From Octopus sinensis (lineage: Eukaryota): a stretch of 64,000 bases of DNA. The notes beneath the pieces were generated by a model, which saw only the letters and a program-made list of their open reading frames with translations, was not told the DNA's origin and ran no database searches. The stretch is from contig NC_042998.1 in assembly GCF_006345805.1 (NCBI RefSeq), positions 14,942,001 to 15,006,000 of the forward strand, written 5' to 3'. The first letter of the stretch is position 1. Every line of letters begins with the position of its first letter. Made by a program: the position numbers and the translations under genes. This document shows positions 1 through 11,936 of this stretch, piece after piece.

Positions 1-225
1 GTATTATTTATGTGTTTGTATCTTTGTGTCTGTGTTTGTCCCCCTACCACCATTTGACAACCGGTGTTGGTGTGTTTACGTGACAATATCTTAGCGGTAT
101 GGCAAAATAGACTGAAAGAATAAATACCAGGTTTTAAAGAAATAAGTTCTGGGGTCGATTCATTCGACTAGTTATTCTTCAAAACGATATCCCAGCATGA
201 CCGTAGTCAAATGACTGAAACAAAC
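1..225 (+). mobile_element. SINE family A, diverged 3' half
   Basis: Similar to the 3' half of family A copies such as 57354-57768 (TGTGTTTGTCCCC...GACAACCG...GTCAAATGACTGAAACAA). Confidence 0.7.
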
Positions 226-254
226 ATTCTCGTGTTTGACCCTTGTGTTCGGCA

Positions 255-450
255 CTAGTCGCCATGATAGTTAGCCACTACACACATTTTTTTTCTCTCC
301 TTGTTTTTTCTGTGTCTCTTTCTGTAGAAGAGCGTAGGCTCGAAACGTAAAAGACTTTTTCTATTCGTGAGCGTTATACTACTAATACATCTGTTTGTTT
401 TGTACACCACCTGTCTTCGTCTTTTGTTTTTTCGTAAAGTCACCCTATAT
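255..450 (+). mobile_element. Short repeat family F, probably Penelope-derived, with minimal hammerhead-like motif
   Basis: Second copy at 37345-37555 and a related motif on the minus strand at 35215-35250. Contains GAAGAGCGTAGGCTCGAAACGTA. Ends in (TA)n. Confidence 0.55.
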
Positions 451-697
451 ATATATATATATTGCTGAGACACCCTTCGGTCATGACTGACCGTGGGATT
501 GCACCTAGAAAGTTACTCTTCCAGGCACAAGTCCAGGCATATATAATATGAGAGGTTTTGGTATCCAGAAGATCCAAAGTGCAGGTAAGACTATGTAAGT
601 GCTACGGAAGGACCGGTGTTAGACTCCTGGTTCGAGAATAACTTCTTATAACCCCTTATATTGAACGCTACTATTTCCTTCTAATTAACTCTCTCAT

Positions 698-751
698 ATC
701 GTCTCTGATGATGGGATGTCTTTTATATCTCTGAAACAGCTGTAAAGCTAC
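698..751 (+). ncRNA. Hammerhead ribozyme-like motif, type I, degenerate stem I
   Basis: CTGATGA (705-711), stem II GGGATGT/ATATCTC, GAAA (733-736), palindromic stem III ACAGCTGT, GTA triplet. Stem I pairs poorly. Confidence 0.5.
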
Positions 752-817
752 CTTTATCTTTATAAAATGCCCTAGAAATTTCACACTGCTTTAGCATTGT
801 TGTCTCATTTTATTTAA

Positions 818-820
<3 letters not shown>

Positions 821-879
<59 letters not shown>

Positions 880-910
880 TGTATGTATGTATGTATGTAT
901 GTATGTATAT
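821..910. repeat. (TA)n/(TATG)n microsatellite
   Basis: Direct reading. Confidence 0.95.
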
Positions 911-974
911 ATATATTTCGTTTGGGATTTGGTTTGCAAGATTCTTTATGTGAGTTTGTGTGTTGAAGCATATT

Positions 975-1187
975 CTGTTGTGTTTGGGGAGAGTCATTTT
1001 CTTTTTGTGCCTAATAATTTAACACACTCGCCGGTAAAATTTCCACTTATTTCTTAATTTTATTTTTATTTTTATATCAAAATATAAAAATGAAAATAAA
1101 AATAAGAAATAAGTGGGAACTTTACCGGTGGTGTGTGTGTAAAATTATTAGGCACAAAAAGAAAATGACTCTCCCCAGACACAACAG
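975..1187. repeat. Imperfect fold-back palindrome with ~85-bp arms
   Basis: CTGTTGTGTTTGGGGAGAGTCATTTTCTTTTTGTGCCTAATAATTT... is mirrored by ...AAAATTATTAGGCACAAAAAGAAAATGACTCTCCCCAGACACAACAG. Related single arm near 36100-36160. Confidence 0.85.
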
Positions 1188-1306
1188 CATATATATTGAA
1201 CTTTACAGAAGTTCCTGCCGGTAATCGGCTATATTTACATACCGAATTCTACCAGTAAATAATTGGGGTTTTTTTAAAAGCCTTTATAGAAATTATTTAC
1301 TCTTAT

Positions 1307-1392
<86 letters not shown>

Positions 1393-1453
1393 GTTTTGCA
1401 AGATTGGGGAACACAATGGAGTAAGTGGAGCAAGAACACATGGAAACGAAAAG

Positions 1454-1498
1454 TGTCAGCGAAGAGGTCACAGATGTGTGACGAAAGATTTCTGGACA
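1454..1498 (+). ncRNA. Degenerate hammerhead-like motif
   Basis: GCGAAGA, stem II GTCACA-gatg-TGTGAC, GAAA, GATTTC, with weak stem I TGTCA/TGGACA. Core is non-canonical. Confidence 0.35.
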
Positions 1499-2402
1499 AT
1501 GGACAGGTGTTAAAATAACAAAATAGCAGTAATTAACGAGTGAAAAAAAATATATACATATAGTGCGTGTGTTTATTTGGCAAAAAAATTTTTAATAAAA
1601 TGACCATACCGAAATACAATATATATATGTGTGTGTTTGTTTGTGTGTGGAAGACATAAGTCAACTACATAGACCCTAGTGTGTAAATGATACTCATTTT
1701 ATTAACCCTGAATATAAAGACGGACAAAATGCTGCCAACCATTTTGTCCGGCGTGTTGGTGAATCATCCAGCTCGCCGCTTTAATAAAAATGATGATAAC
1801 GAATATCTGATTTAGGTGATGAAAGGACATCAGTTTTGAGGGAAGGGTGGAGTAGTATATACCATCGACTAAGGGGCTTGACTAGTAATTTATTTTATCG
1901 AACCCAAAATGGTCAAAAGTAAAGTTGACCTCGGATGGTTTTGAATTCAGAACCAGAACAAATACCGGTTTCGAATTTTGGCATATGACCATCAGTTTCG
2001 TTGGGGGTGTGACTAAGTCAATTACATCAAATACAGCACTCAACTGGTACTTATTTTATCGATCACGAAAGGATGAACGGCAAAGTCGACCGTGTCGGAA
2101 TGTTTGAAAAGTAAAAATAGGAATTTTGAAAGAAGTTTTTATAAAGCTAGTTTTTTAAACATCGAATGACCATGGGGGTCCGCCAAAATAAAATAATAAC
2201 CATAGGGGTCTAAAGATAAAAAAAAAACTGTTTGTGAGCCCCTGATCTAAGCCAATCAAGGAGCTTCACAGCATATCCAGGAGAACGTCGTCGCACATAC
2301 CTTGCAATTTATACTCTGTATATAATGCAAGGTTTGATCTCTCATCGCCAAGCTGAAGTACAGGCTTTCATTGTGATTAGGTTTCTTTTCTGAGCTCTTT
2401 CT

Positions 2403-2633
2403 TGTTTCTTTACTACCCACAAGGGGCTAAACACAGAGGGGACAAACAAGGACGGACAAACGGATTAAGTCGATTATATCGACCCCAGTGCGTAACTGGT
2501 ACTTATTTAATCGACCCCGAAAGGATGAAAGGCAAAGTCGACCTCGGCGGAATTTGAACTCAGTACGTAACGGCAGACGAAATACGGTTACGCATTTCGC
2601 CCGGCGTGCTAACGTTTCTACCAGCTCACCGCC
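2403..2633 (-). mobile_element. SINE family B, full length
   Basis: tRNA-like head with A box and B box (GAGTTCAAATTCC). 15-bp TSD TTCTGAGCTCTTTCT at 2388-2402 and 2634-2648. Confidence 0.92.
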
Positions 2634-3069
2634 TTCTGAGCTCTTTCTGCTGAAGTAACGAGTTGGACGGAGCTGCTCTTCTTTGGGCATCATGATGTGA
2701 TGTGGATTCGTCTGGCTAGCTCAAGGTTAAGTGTCATACAATATTTCAAATATCTGACGATCAAGCCCTAACGCCTGAACTTAGTTTGCGTCAGGCCCAG
2801 ATATGCAGCTCCACCAAAGAAACGACCTACGGGAAGATGGGTCTGAGAACCAGCTATTCGACCTAATCACCATCTGGCAGTAGCTACATATGTCTCAGTA
2901 TGAGACTATCAAGAGCATAACAGTGATACCGTTCGCATGTCTGCACACGAAAACAATACCACTAATTCCAGTTCGAATTTTATTCATGTCAAAAGGATGA
3001 CGGACATATTCGACTCCAATTTTTAAATCAGAAAATAAATGAACAGAACCCAATACGCTGTGATGTTCT

Positions 3070-3301
3070 TATTTCCTTATTGCCCACAAGGGGCCAAACA
3101 CAGAGGGGACAAACAAGGACAGACAAACGGATTAAGTCTATTACGTCGACCCCAGTGCGTAACTGGTACTTAATTTATCGACCCCGAAAGGATGAAAGGC
3201 AAAGTCAACCTTGGCGGAAATTGAACTCAGAACGGAGCGGCAGACGAAATACCATTTGCATTTCGCCTGGTGTGCTAACGTTTCTGCCAGCTCGTCGCCT
3301 T
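3070..3301 (-). mobile_element. SINE family B
   Basis: Near-identical to 2403-2633. Confidence 0.88.
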
Positions 3302-3709
3302 CAAATGTTAATAACCTAGTGTAGAGCTCAATAAACATCTGCTCCTGAACGAACGTATTTGTCTCTCCAAATAAACTGCACTTCATGTTTGAAGCTCTGA
3401 TATTGTAAGGTGTTACTCAGGCACTCAACTATGAGTCCACCTCATCTGATAGCAGAAACAGCTGTAAGCCAATGAAGTCCATAGGATAATCGCCTATTCG
3501 TCTGTCATCTCTTTCTTCTTACTTTAAGCACAGACCGAATGTATCATCGTTATCACTAATTTCAACGTCTCCATAGTTACAACCAGCACCGGGCCCCATC
3601 ACCGTTACCATAACATTACATCAAGGACACGAACGCGAGCCAGTCCCGGAGCCTTTATAAGGTTACTCAATACCCAAATCTCCTTCAAATCACAGCCTAC
3701 TGTCTTATA

Positions 3710-4038
3710 GGTTTCGATTCCCAGACCGGGCGTTGTGAGTGTTTATCGAGCGAAAACGCCTAAAGCTCCACGAGGCTCCGGCAGGGATGATGGTGATCCC
3801 TGCTGTACTCTTTCACCACAACTTTCTCTCACTCTTACTTCCTGTTTCTGTTGTACCTGTATTTCAAGGGGCCGGCCTTGTCACACTCTGTGTCATGCTG
3901 AATATCCCCGAGAACTACGTTAAGGGTACACGTGTCTGTGGAGTGCTCAGCCACTTACACGTTAATTTCACGAGCAGGCTGTTCCGTTGATTCGGATCAA
4001 CCAGAACCCTCGTCGTCGTAACCGACGGAGTGCTTCCA
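3710..4038 (+). mobile_element. SINE family C, 5'-truncated
   Basis: Matches 17194-17594 from the B box onward. 11-bp TSD ACTGTCTTATA at 3699-3709 and 4039-4049. Confidence 0.9.
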
Positions 4039-4399
4039 ACTGTCTTATAAAAAAGATACAAAGATACATTAGATAATGTGGCCTGCGTTGATAAGTGTTT
4101 ATCCGAGGCTAAACAACAACAACAATAACAACAACATGAACGAAAACGAGGAAAATACGAATAAGCGTTTGACCCTACGCAACCTTATTCTGCTCAGTAC
4201 GACACTCTCTCTCTCTCTCTCTCCCTCTCGTTTCTTCTCCCTCCCTCACTGCATTCCGCTCTCTTTAATCAATCAACTTACCTATTTGACTATTTATCTA
4301 CCTGCCTGACTACTTACCTATCTACCTGTCTGTCCATCAGTGTCTGTTTATCTACAACTTCAAGTCTCTAAATTTTTTCCTCTTCGTATTTTTAAGATT

Positions 4400-4461
4400 C
4401 TTTACATATTATCATTCCTTCCTTCCTTCCTTCCTTTTCTTTCCTTCTTTCTTTCTTTTTT

Positions 4462-4522
<61 letters not shown>

Positions 4523-4753
4523 TCTCTCTCTCTCTCTACCTCACTCTCTTTCATATGCGTGCACACGTACACACACACACACACACACGTATATATACGC
4601 AAATATACATACGTGTATATATAAATACGTTAATGGCAAGGAAAGGTGGAAAAGAAGTACTCCTGCACACATGCACATACACACACACATTAATATATAC
4701 ACACATATATATATATATATACATGTGCATGAATATATATATATATGTATACA

Positions 4754-4784
<31 letters not shown>

Positions 4785-4832
4785 CATGCATACATATACA
4801 TGTATATATGCATGCATATATGTATATGTATA

Positions 4833-4867
<35 letters not shown>

Positions 4868-4918
4868 ATATATATATATATATGCACACATACTCGCACA
4901 TACACTGACGCACACAGA

Positions 4919-4960
<42 letters not shown>

Positions 4961-5867
4961 AGACACACACACACACACACTCACATATAAATATAATTAT
5001 ATACATATATATATATATATACATCTATGTGTGTATGCATGTATTTAATTATTCATTGATACAAACACTGCCACTCTCACAGAACAAAAAAGAATTATTC
5101 CACCTCCTCCTCCCCCTCCACCTCCTCCACCCCGTCACCGCCACTGCCAAACACAGAAACAATTGCAAATCAAACACAACCTAATAAAACAGTGAAAACA
5201 ACAGCCAAAAAAAAAAAATAATGATAATAAATAACCATTGCAAATGCAACAAGAAGAAGAAGAAGAAGAAGAACAATAGCAACAACAACAACAACAACGA
5301 AATCCTCAATATAACCATAGCACGCTACTCGTTGCAATTAAACCGTTGCCTCTACTGGCAAGCATTGGAGAGGAGCAAGAAAGAATTGCGTGAAAGGATG
5401 GCATGTTTTGACACCTACGATCGTGAGGGGTTTTTATAATGATGGCATTTGCCAAGCACAAAGGTTACGCACAATAACCTCTCTCCTCTTACTTGAACTC
5501 ACTCTTATGAACTTGGCTTTCATTTTCGGTTTGATGACTTCGGTTACTATTGCTCTTTGCGCCTGCCTGCGTGGATATGTGCGCATACATACACGAGGAT
5601 GCACGCGTGTATGTATGTATGTATGAATGTATATATGAACGTAATTATGTACGCATGTATATGTATATGCGCGTGTGTATGTATCTCTGAATGTATATGT
5701 GTGTGTGTTTCTCTGTGTGTTTTTATATATCTTTTCTCTTTCATTTTTCGTTTTCTTTTTGCTTTCTTCTTCTTCTTCTTCTTCTTCTTCTTCTTCTTCT
5801 TCTTCTTCTTCTTCTTCTTCTTCTTCTTCTTCTTCTTCTTCTGTTTTTTCGTCTTAATAAAGAAACA

Positions 5868-5904
<37 letters not shown>

Positions 5905-5956
5905 ATTATTATTATTATTATTATTATTGTTATTATTGTTATTATTTATATCATTA

Positions 5957-5988
<32 letters not shown>

Positions 5989-6168
5989 GTAGTAGTAGTA
6001 GTAGTAGTATTAGTAGCTTTAGTATTTGTATTGATTTATTAATTTGTGTGTTTATTTTGCATTATTACCATTATCATTTTTCTTTTTGATTTTTTTCCTT
6101 TTTGCTTTTATTTTTTCAACTTTTTCCATTTTTTCCTCCTTCCTTTCCGTCTTCTTTATCTTAAAAAC

Positions 6169-6227
<59 letters not shown>

Positions 6228-6501
6228 ATTATTATTACTATTGATTTATCAGATTCTTTTTTTTTTATCCTTTTACAATTTTTTAAAATTCCCTATTTAC
6301 CACTCGTCATTTCAACGATTTGAGAAATTACGAGCCAAAACCACTTTCACTCACTCACTCACTCACTCACTCACGCTCTCCTCCTCCTTCCATTTTCTCT
6401 ATCTTCTCTTTTTCACTCTTTTTTTCTCTCTCTCTATCTGTCAATATGTCTGCCTGTCTTTCTCTGTCCATCCATCGATCCATGAATCCATCCATCCATC
6501 C

Positions 6502-6578
<77 letters not shown>

Positions 6579-6600
6579 GTATCTTCTTTCTTTATTAAAT
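4400..6600. repeat. Compound simple-repeat cluster (TTTC, CA, TA, TATC, CTT, TAT, TCAC)
   Basis: Direct reading, e.g. (CTT)n at 5765-5841, (TAT)n at 5868-6000, (TATC)n at 6500-6576. Confidence 0.95.
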
Positions 6601-6639
6601 TTTAAATAAATCTTGCTCAACTACCAGCTTGTAAAGGGA

Positions 6640-8650
6640 AGCATCTTGCTTTGTTCATCATTCTATAAATCTTAAGAAAGTCTTGAAAATTTTTCGTGAT
6701 CATTTGTAGCGTATGAATCACAGATTTTCCTTCTTTCTCCAAGAATCCAAGTCCAGCCATACTTCGCTTCAGACAGGTTGGTATGTATCTGTTGCTCCAA
6801 CGGTTCCAGGTATAAAGCTGAAAGTGTATCTTAGGTACTGGATTTGCAAACTCCTTATCAACGATCCAGAAATATCCTTCTCTTGTATTTTCTAACCACA
6901 TTGGCGTCCAAACTGCAGCTGATTTCCACAATAGAGCATATCTTTTCCTTTTTGTCCCACATAACAATGTCTGGCCGGTTATACTTTAACTTGGTGGCTG
7001 TTTTAATTTTCAAGCTCCACCATAGGTCTTTGACCTAACTTCGTCTGTAGGTGTTTTATTTCTTTCCTTATCCTGTTCCAGACTCTTCTGGCCACTGCCT
7101 CGTGCGAAGGTAATATCTAGCAGACACTCTCCCGCAGTTAGCATTAATATGATTGATGTTTCCAGTCTTGTTCTCGCACAGCCTACATTTCTTGTCTGTT
7201 AATTATTCCTGCCTTTTATGCTGGAGGCACTTGGTGGGAATCTCTTGTTCTTGAATCTCATGCCGGTAGCCTTCGAAATGAAATATCATAAACTTGTCGA
7301 TAATTCATGCCAAACTTTTGACATTATCAATTTCTTCTATGGTTTGTGTTTTTCGTGCCAAGTACCAATGTACTATCTTCTCTGCGAAATGGTCCATTTA
7401 TTTTTATTTTGTTCTGATAAATAGATTCTATCAATGTTCCTTGGGGAGAGATGTGTACCAACTCTTATTTCGTACATCTCAGGTTCATTAGCTATCCTAT
7501 TTCTTTACTACCCACAAGGGGCTAAACACAGAGAGGACAAACAAGGACAGACAAGCGGATTAAGTCGATTACATCGACCACAGTGCGTAACTGGTAGTTA
7601 TTTAATCGACTCCGAAAGGATGAAAGGCAAAGTCGACCTCGGTGGAATTTAAACTCAGAACGTAACGGCAGACGAAATACGGATAAGCATTTCGTCCGGC
7701 GTGCTAACGTTTCTGCTAGCTCACCACCTTTAGCTATCCTAGTTATGTTAATGATTTCGTGGTCACAGACTTTGGATAAGATAGTTACTGGTCTCTTTCC
7801 TCTGCTGCAGATGTTGTTTTAATGTCACAATACGTGCTTCATATGACATCAATACAGATTTGAGACTACCATCCTTGCGCGGGAAGTATAGCCTATCTAC
7901 ACTTCCAATAATGTTGAAGTTTCATGTAACAAAAGTGAACACCTTGCGAGTTTGAACGTCTATTTTACTGAGTACTTGTAGTGACCAGTTCAGAAGGTCA
8001 AACGTAGGCGCGAGGAAAAACACTGCAAAAGTGCTGTGGACAGGGCAATATGCTTGTGGTAATCTGCATAGTCCCCTCCTTATTTATGGGCTCATCATAT
8101 CTGACATTCTCATTCTGTCCAGGATACCCATAATTGTCCCCTAACTGTAGAAGTCGTATCTTCAAACCGTTCATTCTTTAGGGTTTCAGAAGAGGGCACA
8201 GGATTCATTCCAATGTCTGTAGAAAATTGGATAATGAGGTTCAGTTGTGTTTTTATATGGTTGATATTTGGCCCCTACAGTTTCAGGTCGTCGACAAAGA
8301 CAAGATGGAATATACTTCTGGATCTATTTCTGTGGCCACTCTATTTTGTGAGCAGGTATAACAGTGGGTTTAATGAGAGGATGAAGAGAGGCATTGACAG
8401 GCTATCACCCTGAATGATGCCTTTTTGTTAGTGAATGCTATCAGACTTAATTTTCTCCTTATCACTTCTAAGAAGCAAAGTGGTATGCCAAGTCTTGATC
8501 TGGCGATCAAAAGCATTTATAGATCAAGAGCAGCCACGCTACAGTTAAGCTGCTGCGATTTTTTCCCGTTCTTTCCCGAATCCCTTTGTTAATTAGTAGC
8601 AACTGTATACAGCCCCACACCCACTTCTTTCCTCCAGCTTGCTCAGGTGT
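6640..8650 (-). mobile_element. Decayed non-LTR retrotransposon, R4/Dong-like (RT, CCHC knuckle, restriction-like endonuclease)
   Basis: Minus-strand translation gives KGIIQGDSLSMPLFILSLNPLL and FHLVFVDDLKL (RT, ~8280-8430), DRLYFPRKDG (~7880), CRLCENKTGNINHINANC (~7135-7190) and WWSLKIKTATKLKYNRPDIVMWDKKEKICSIVEISC (~6920-7030). Multiple stops and frameshifts. Confidence 0.82.
7500..7729 (-). mobile_element. SINE family B nested in the R4/Dong-like remnant
   Basis: 12-bp TSD TTAGCTATCCTA at 7488-7499 and 7730-7741. Confidence 0.92.
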
Positions 8651-8776
8651 TATAATGTTGTTGGTAGTACAATGATACTGCAAGAATAAATTGAGATACC
8701 CTGGGTATGATTTGTACATGAAGTAACGTGTGTAACGTGCAATCGTTGCATGGACCATGAAAGAGAATGTTGTCAC

Positions 8777-9185
8777 GGCGATACCTGCTCAGAAGCCTAC
8801 GCAAAGTTGCAGAAAGTGTAAGAAGTGGAGTGTATGAGCTGCACACGAGTGCACGAGTGGCTCAGACGTTTCCAAAGTTGCCAAAAAATGTCGATAGTGA
8901 CAAACGTTCTGGGAGACATGCAACCAGCAGAACTGAGAAAAACATCGCAGATGTGCGTGAAGCTGAGAGGGGAAATCATCGAATCACCATCCGTGAGTTA
9001 TCAGAGGATATGCAGATTAGTTACGGTTCAGTTTAATCCATTATCATTGAAGATTTGGGTATGAGACGACGCGTGTCTGGCAAGTTTGTGCCAAAATTGC
9101 TTTCATCTGACGAAAAGGACACTCGGGCTTCAGTTGCACAAAATCTCCTTGATTGTATCGAAAATGATGACAAGTTTTTGAAAAT
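8777..9185 (+). mobile_element. Mariner transposase fragment (N-terminal HTH region)
   Basis: GDTCSEAYAKLQKV...RVHEWLRRF...DKRSGRHATSRTEKNI...RITIRELSEDMQISYGSV*SIIIEDLGMRR..KFVPKLLS. Frameshifted. Confidence 0.78.
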
Positions 9186-9695
9186 TTTGCGTAGACCCCT
9201 GAGCAGGTATCCCTAAGCTTTTCGCAAAATTTGATGAAAATTCTCAGCTCAACTTACTCTGTCATGCGGCGAACACATGCTACACAGGTTACTTCCAAGC
9301 ACTGCTGTAAACAGCAGAAGTGAGTTAGAACGTTAAAACTTAATGTACGTGCACGGAAGTGTTTCAGATCAACCTATTTCTTTACTACCCACAAGGGGCT
9401 AAACACAGAGGAGACAAACAAGGACAGACACAATCGGATTAAGTCGATTACATCAACCCCAGTGCGTAACTGGTACTTAATTTTTATCGACCCCCGAAAG
9501 GATGAAAGGCAAAGTCGACCTCGGCGGAATTTGAACTCAGAACGTAACGGCAGACGAAATACGGCTACGCATTTCGCCCGGCGTGCTAACGTTTCTTCCA
9601 GCTCGCAGATCAACCTGTGCCCAGCGGCTTCACTCTGTGTACTTTAGCTTCGTTACTATGGCAACAGTCCAGATACTTATTGATCAGACCACGTA
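9186..9695 (-). mobile_element. 5' end (TIR and transposase start) of the same mariner family in opposite orientation
   Basis: Minus strand starts TACGTGGTCTGATCAATAAGTAT (mariner-like TIR) and encodes MTE*VELRIFIKFCEKLRDTCSGVYAKF. Confidence 0.7.
9376..9605 (-). mobile_element. SINE family B nested in mariner 5' region
   Basis: 11-bp TSD CAGATCAACCT at 9365-9375 and 9606-9616. Confidence 0.9.
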
Positions 9696-10151
9696 TGTTG
9701 GACACATGTTGCTTACACACATATACATGTATATGCAGATGGTGTTATATACATAAGCATTCAGCTGCATTGTGTTTTGATAGCATGGTTAGATGTTACA
9801 ACGCTTGCTTCATTGTTTTATAAGGTCAACTTGTAAGAAGACAATAAAATTGAATTTATTCATTCTAATTGTAATCCTGAAGTCATATTCATTGTGATTT
9901 ATTACAGTTACCCCGGAGGGAATACATAAATTATTATAGAGTCATATGTAGAACATATAATCGTAGAACACTTCAGGTCAGGTGTCCTCAAATGAAAAAA
10001 TATATTCAGCGTGTTTGAAAGCAGAGTGTAGCGTTTTACATCTTATACTTTAGCGATTCAGACTATGAATATGTTGTTCTGCAGATGAAACGCCTAGTAA
10101 AATTGCAAGGAGCCTTTCACACAGACACAGACACAGACAGACACAGACACA

Positions 10152-10205
<54 letters not shown>

Positions 10206-10207
10206 AA

Positions 10208-10950
10208 GAGTCCTGCAACTCAACTTGATTTCGAGCCGGGTCGTCTGCTGCTGGAGAGGACCGATCAGGTAAAGGACCTGGGTATCTTGGTGGATTCCTC
10301 CTTTTCGCCTTCGGCCCAGTGCGTCCATGCTGCCAACAAAGCACGCGGAGTTCTGTTTTTGATTCGACGGTCATTCGGAATGCTCACAGCAGCCATATTC
10401 CTACCGCTCTATGTCACGCTGTTGAGACCCATATTGGAGTACGGGATTCAAGCCTCTTCTTCTTATCTCCTCAAAGACATACATCATCTCGAAAGAGTCC
10501 AGAAGCTGGCTACCCGAATTGTTCTTGATCTCAAGCATTTGTCTTATGAAGAAAGGCTGAAGACGCTCGACCTTTATTCTCTAGAAAAACGACGACGCCG
10601 TGGTGATCTCATTCTTGCTCACAACATCATAAGCGGAAAGTGTAACCTCTCGAAAGAGCTGTTCTTCACTCCTGCTCCAGAGCGTCGGCTGCGGGGTCAT
10701 TCCGAAAAGCTCTATCTGCAACGATTTCATCGCAATCGAAGGAGAGGGGCTTTCTCCGTCCGGGTTGCGGATCCGTGGAATAAGCTGCCGGACGAGATGG
10801 TGAAGATGCCGACGACCGCTCGGTTCAAAGTCTCCCTTGACTACAAGTGGCCTGAACTCTTTACATGAACACCACCCTGTACATAACTCCATGTCCCCCT
10901 ACATGGCTTTTTGCTTTTTGAGCCAAAAAATTAACTAACTAACTAACTAA
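10208..10950 (+). mobile_element. 5'-truncated CR1-like LINE, 3' end of ORF2 with 3' UTR and (AACT)n tail
   Basis: Open frame QVKDLGILVDSSFS...LYVTLLRPILEYG...LERVQKLATR...YEERLKTLDLYSLEKRRRRGDLI...LRGH...FSVRVADPWNKLP. Candidate TSD CACACAAA at 10200-10207 and 10951-10958. Confidence 0.9.
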
Positions 10951-11114
10951 CACACAAATTTAAAATAATAAGGCTGAAAAACTGAATATTAATTTGATTA
11001 ATATCATTTAAAGCCAGTGGTCTAGCATATTGAAAAATCTCAGAAAATTTCAGAAAATATTATATTACATACAATATAAGGTCATCCCTCTTATATATAT
11101 ATATTATATATATA

Positions 11115-11178
<64 letters not shown>

Positions 11179-11237
11179 ATATGAATGTATATATATTTGT
11201 AGTGTTTTAGAAATTCCTTGATACAGCTACAGTACCT

Positions 11238-11322
11238 GGAGAGAAGATTTTTTCTCAGAGTTAAGATCGAGAAAAGAAAAGTTCTTTCCTCAATCTCAAC
11301 TCTCTGAGAAATAACCTTCTCT

Positions 11323-11325
<3 letters not shown>
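11238..11325. repeat. Hairpin with ~42-bp imperfect arms
   Basis: GGAGAGAAGATTTTTTCTCAGAG...GAAAAGAA mirrored by TTCTTTCC...CTCTGAGAAATAACCTTCTCTCC. Confidence 0.7.
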
Positions 11326-11369
<44 letters not shown>

Positions 11370-11936
11370 GACATATAAAGAGTTGTTTCAATATTTATGC
11401 AGTTTTCAAAAGTATACGAAAAAGAAATTCTACTTATATAGGATGGAAATGGTAGAAGGTATTGGACCTATTCAGGAAATAGAATAAAAAACAGAAAGCA
11501 AAAGAACAAACAAAACTATTTAATTGTTGTAAATAAGACACTGACTCAAAATCGGCTTTAAATTAAAGTTAAAGGAAGAGAAAAATAGAAGCAAGAAAGA
11601 AGTATATGAGGGGAGAGAGATGTAGTTAGAGAAAAATATTTCATTATAGTTCAAACTGTACAATAATATATAAACATACATATACATATGCCGGCAGACA
11701 TATAGATACATACATACATACATACATACATACATACATACTACATACATACAAGGTTATATTGATATATATAATTTAATTTTAGCTGTAGTGCTCGAAG
11801 TAGATAGGGCTATAAGTACTAACATCTTCGGTAGACATGACTTGCTACTATTAATAGCTTTCTCTACTTGAAGTTCTACAGTAAAAAATGAATTATATCA
11901 TGTTCTTTCGAAGCTTTTGAAGCAATATACTATATA

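Noticed and set aside
2280-2960. Possible LINE-like coding remnant around the SINE at 2403
   Set aside because: No frame gave a motif I could assign with confidence.
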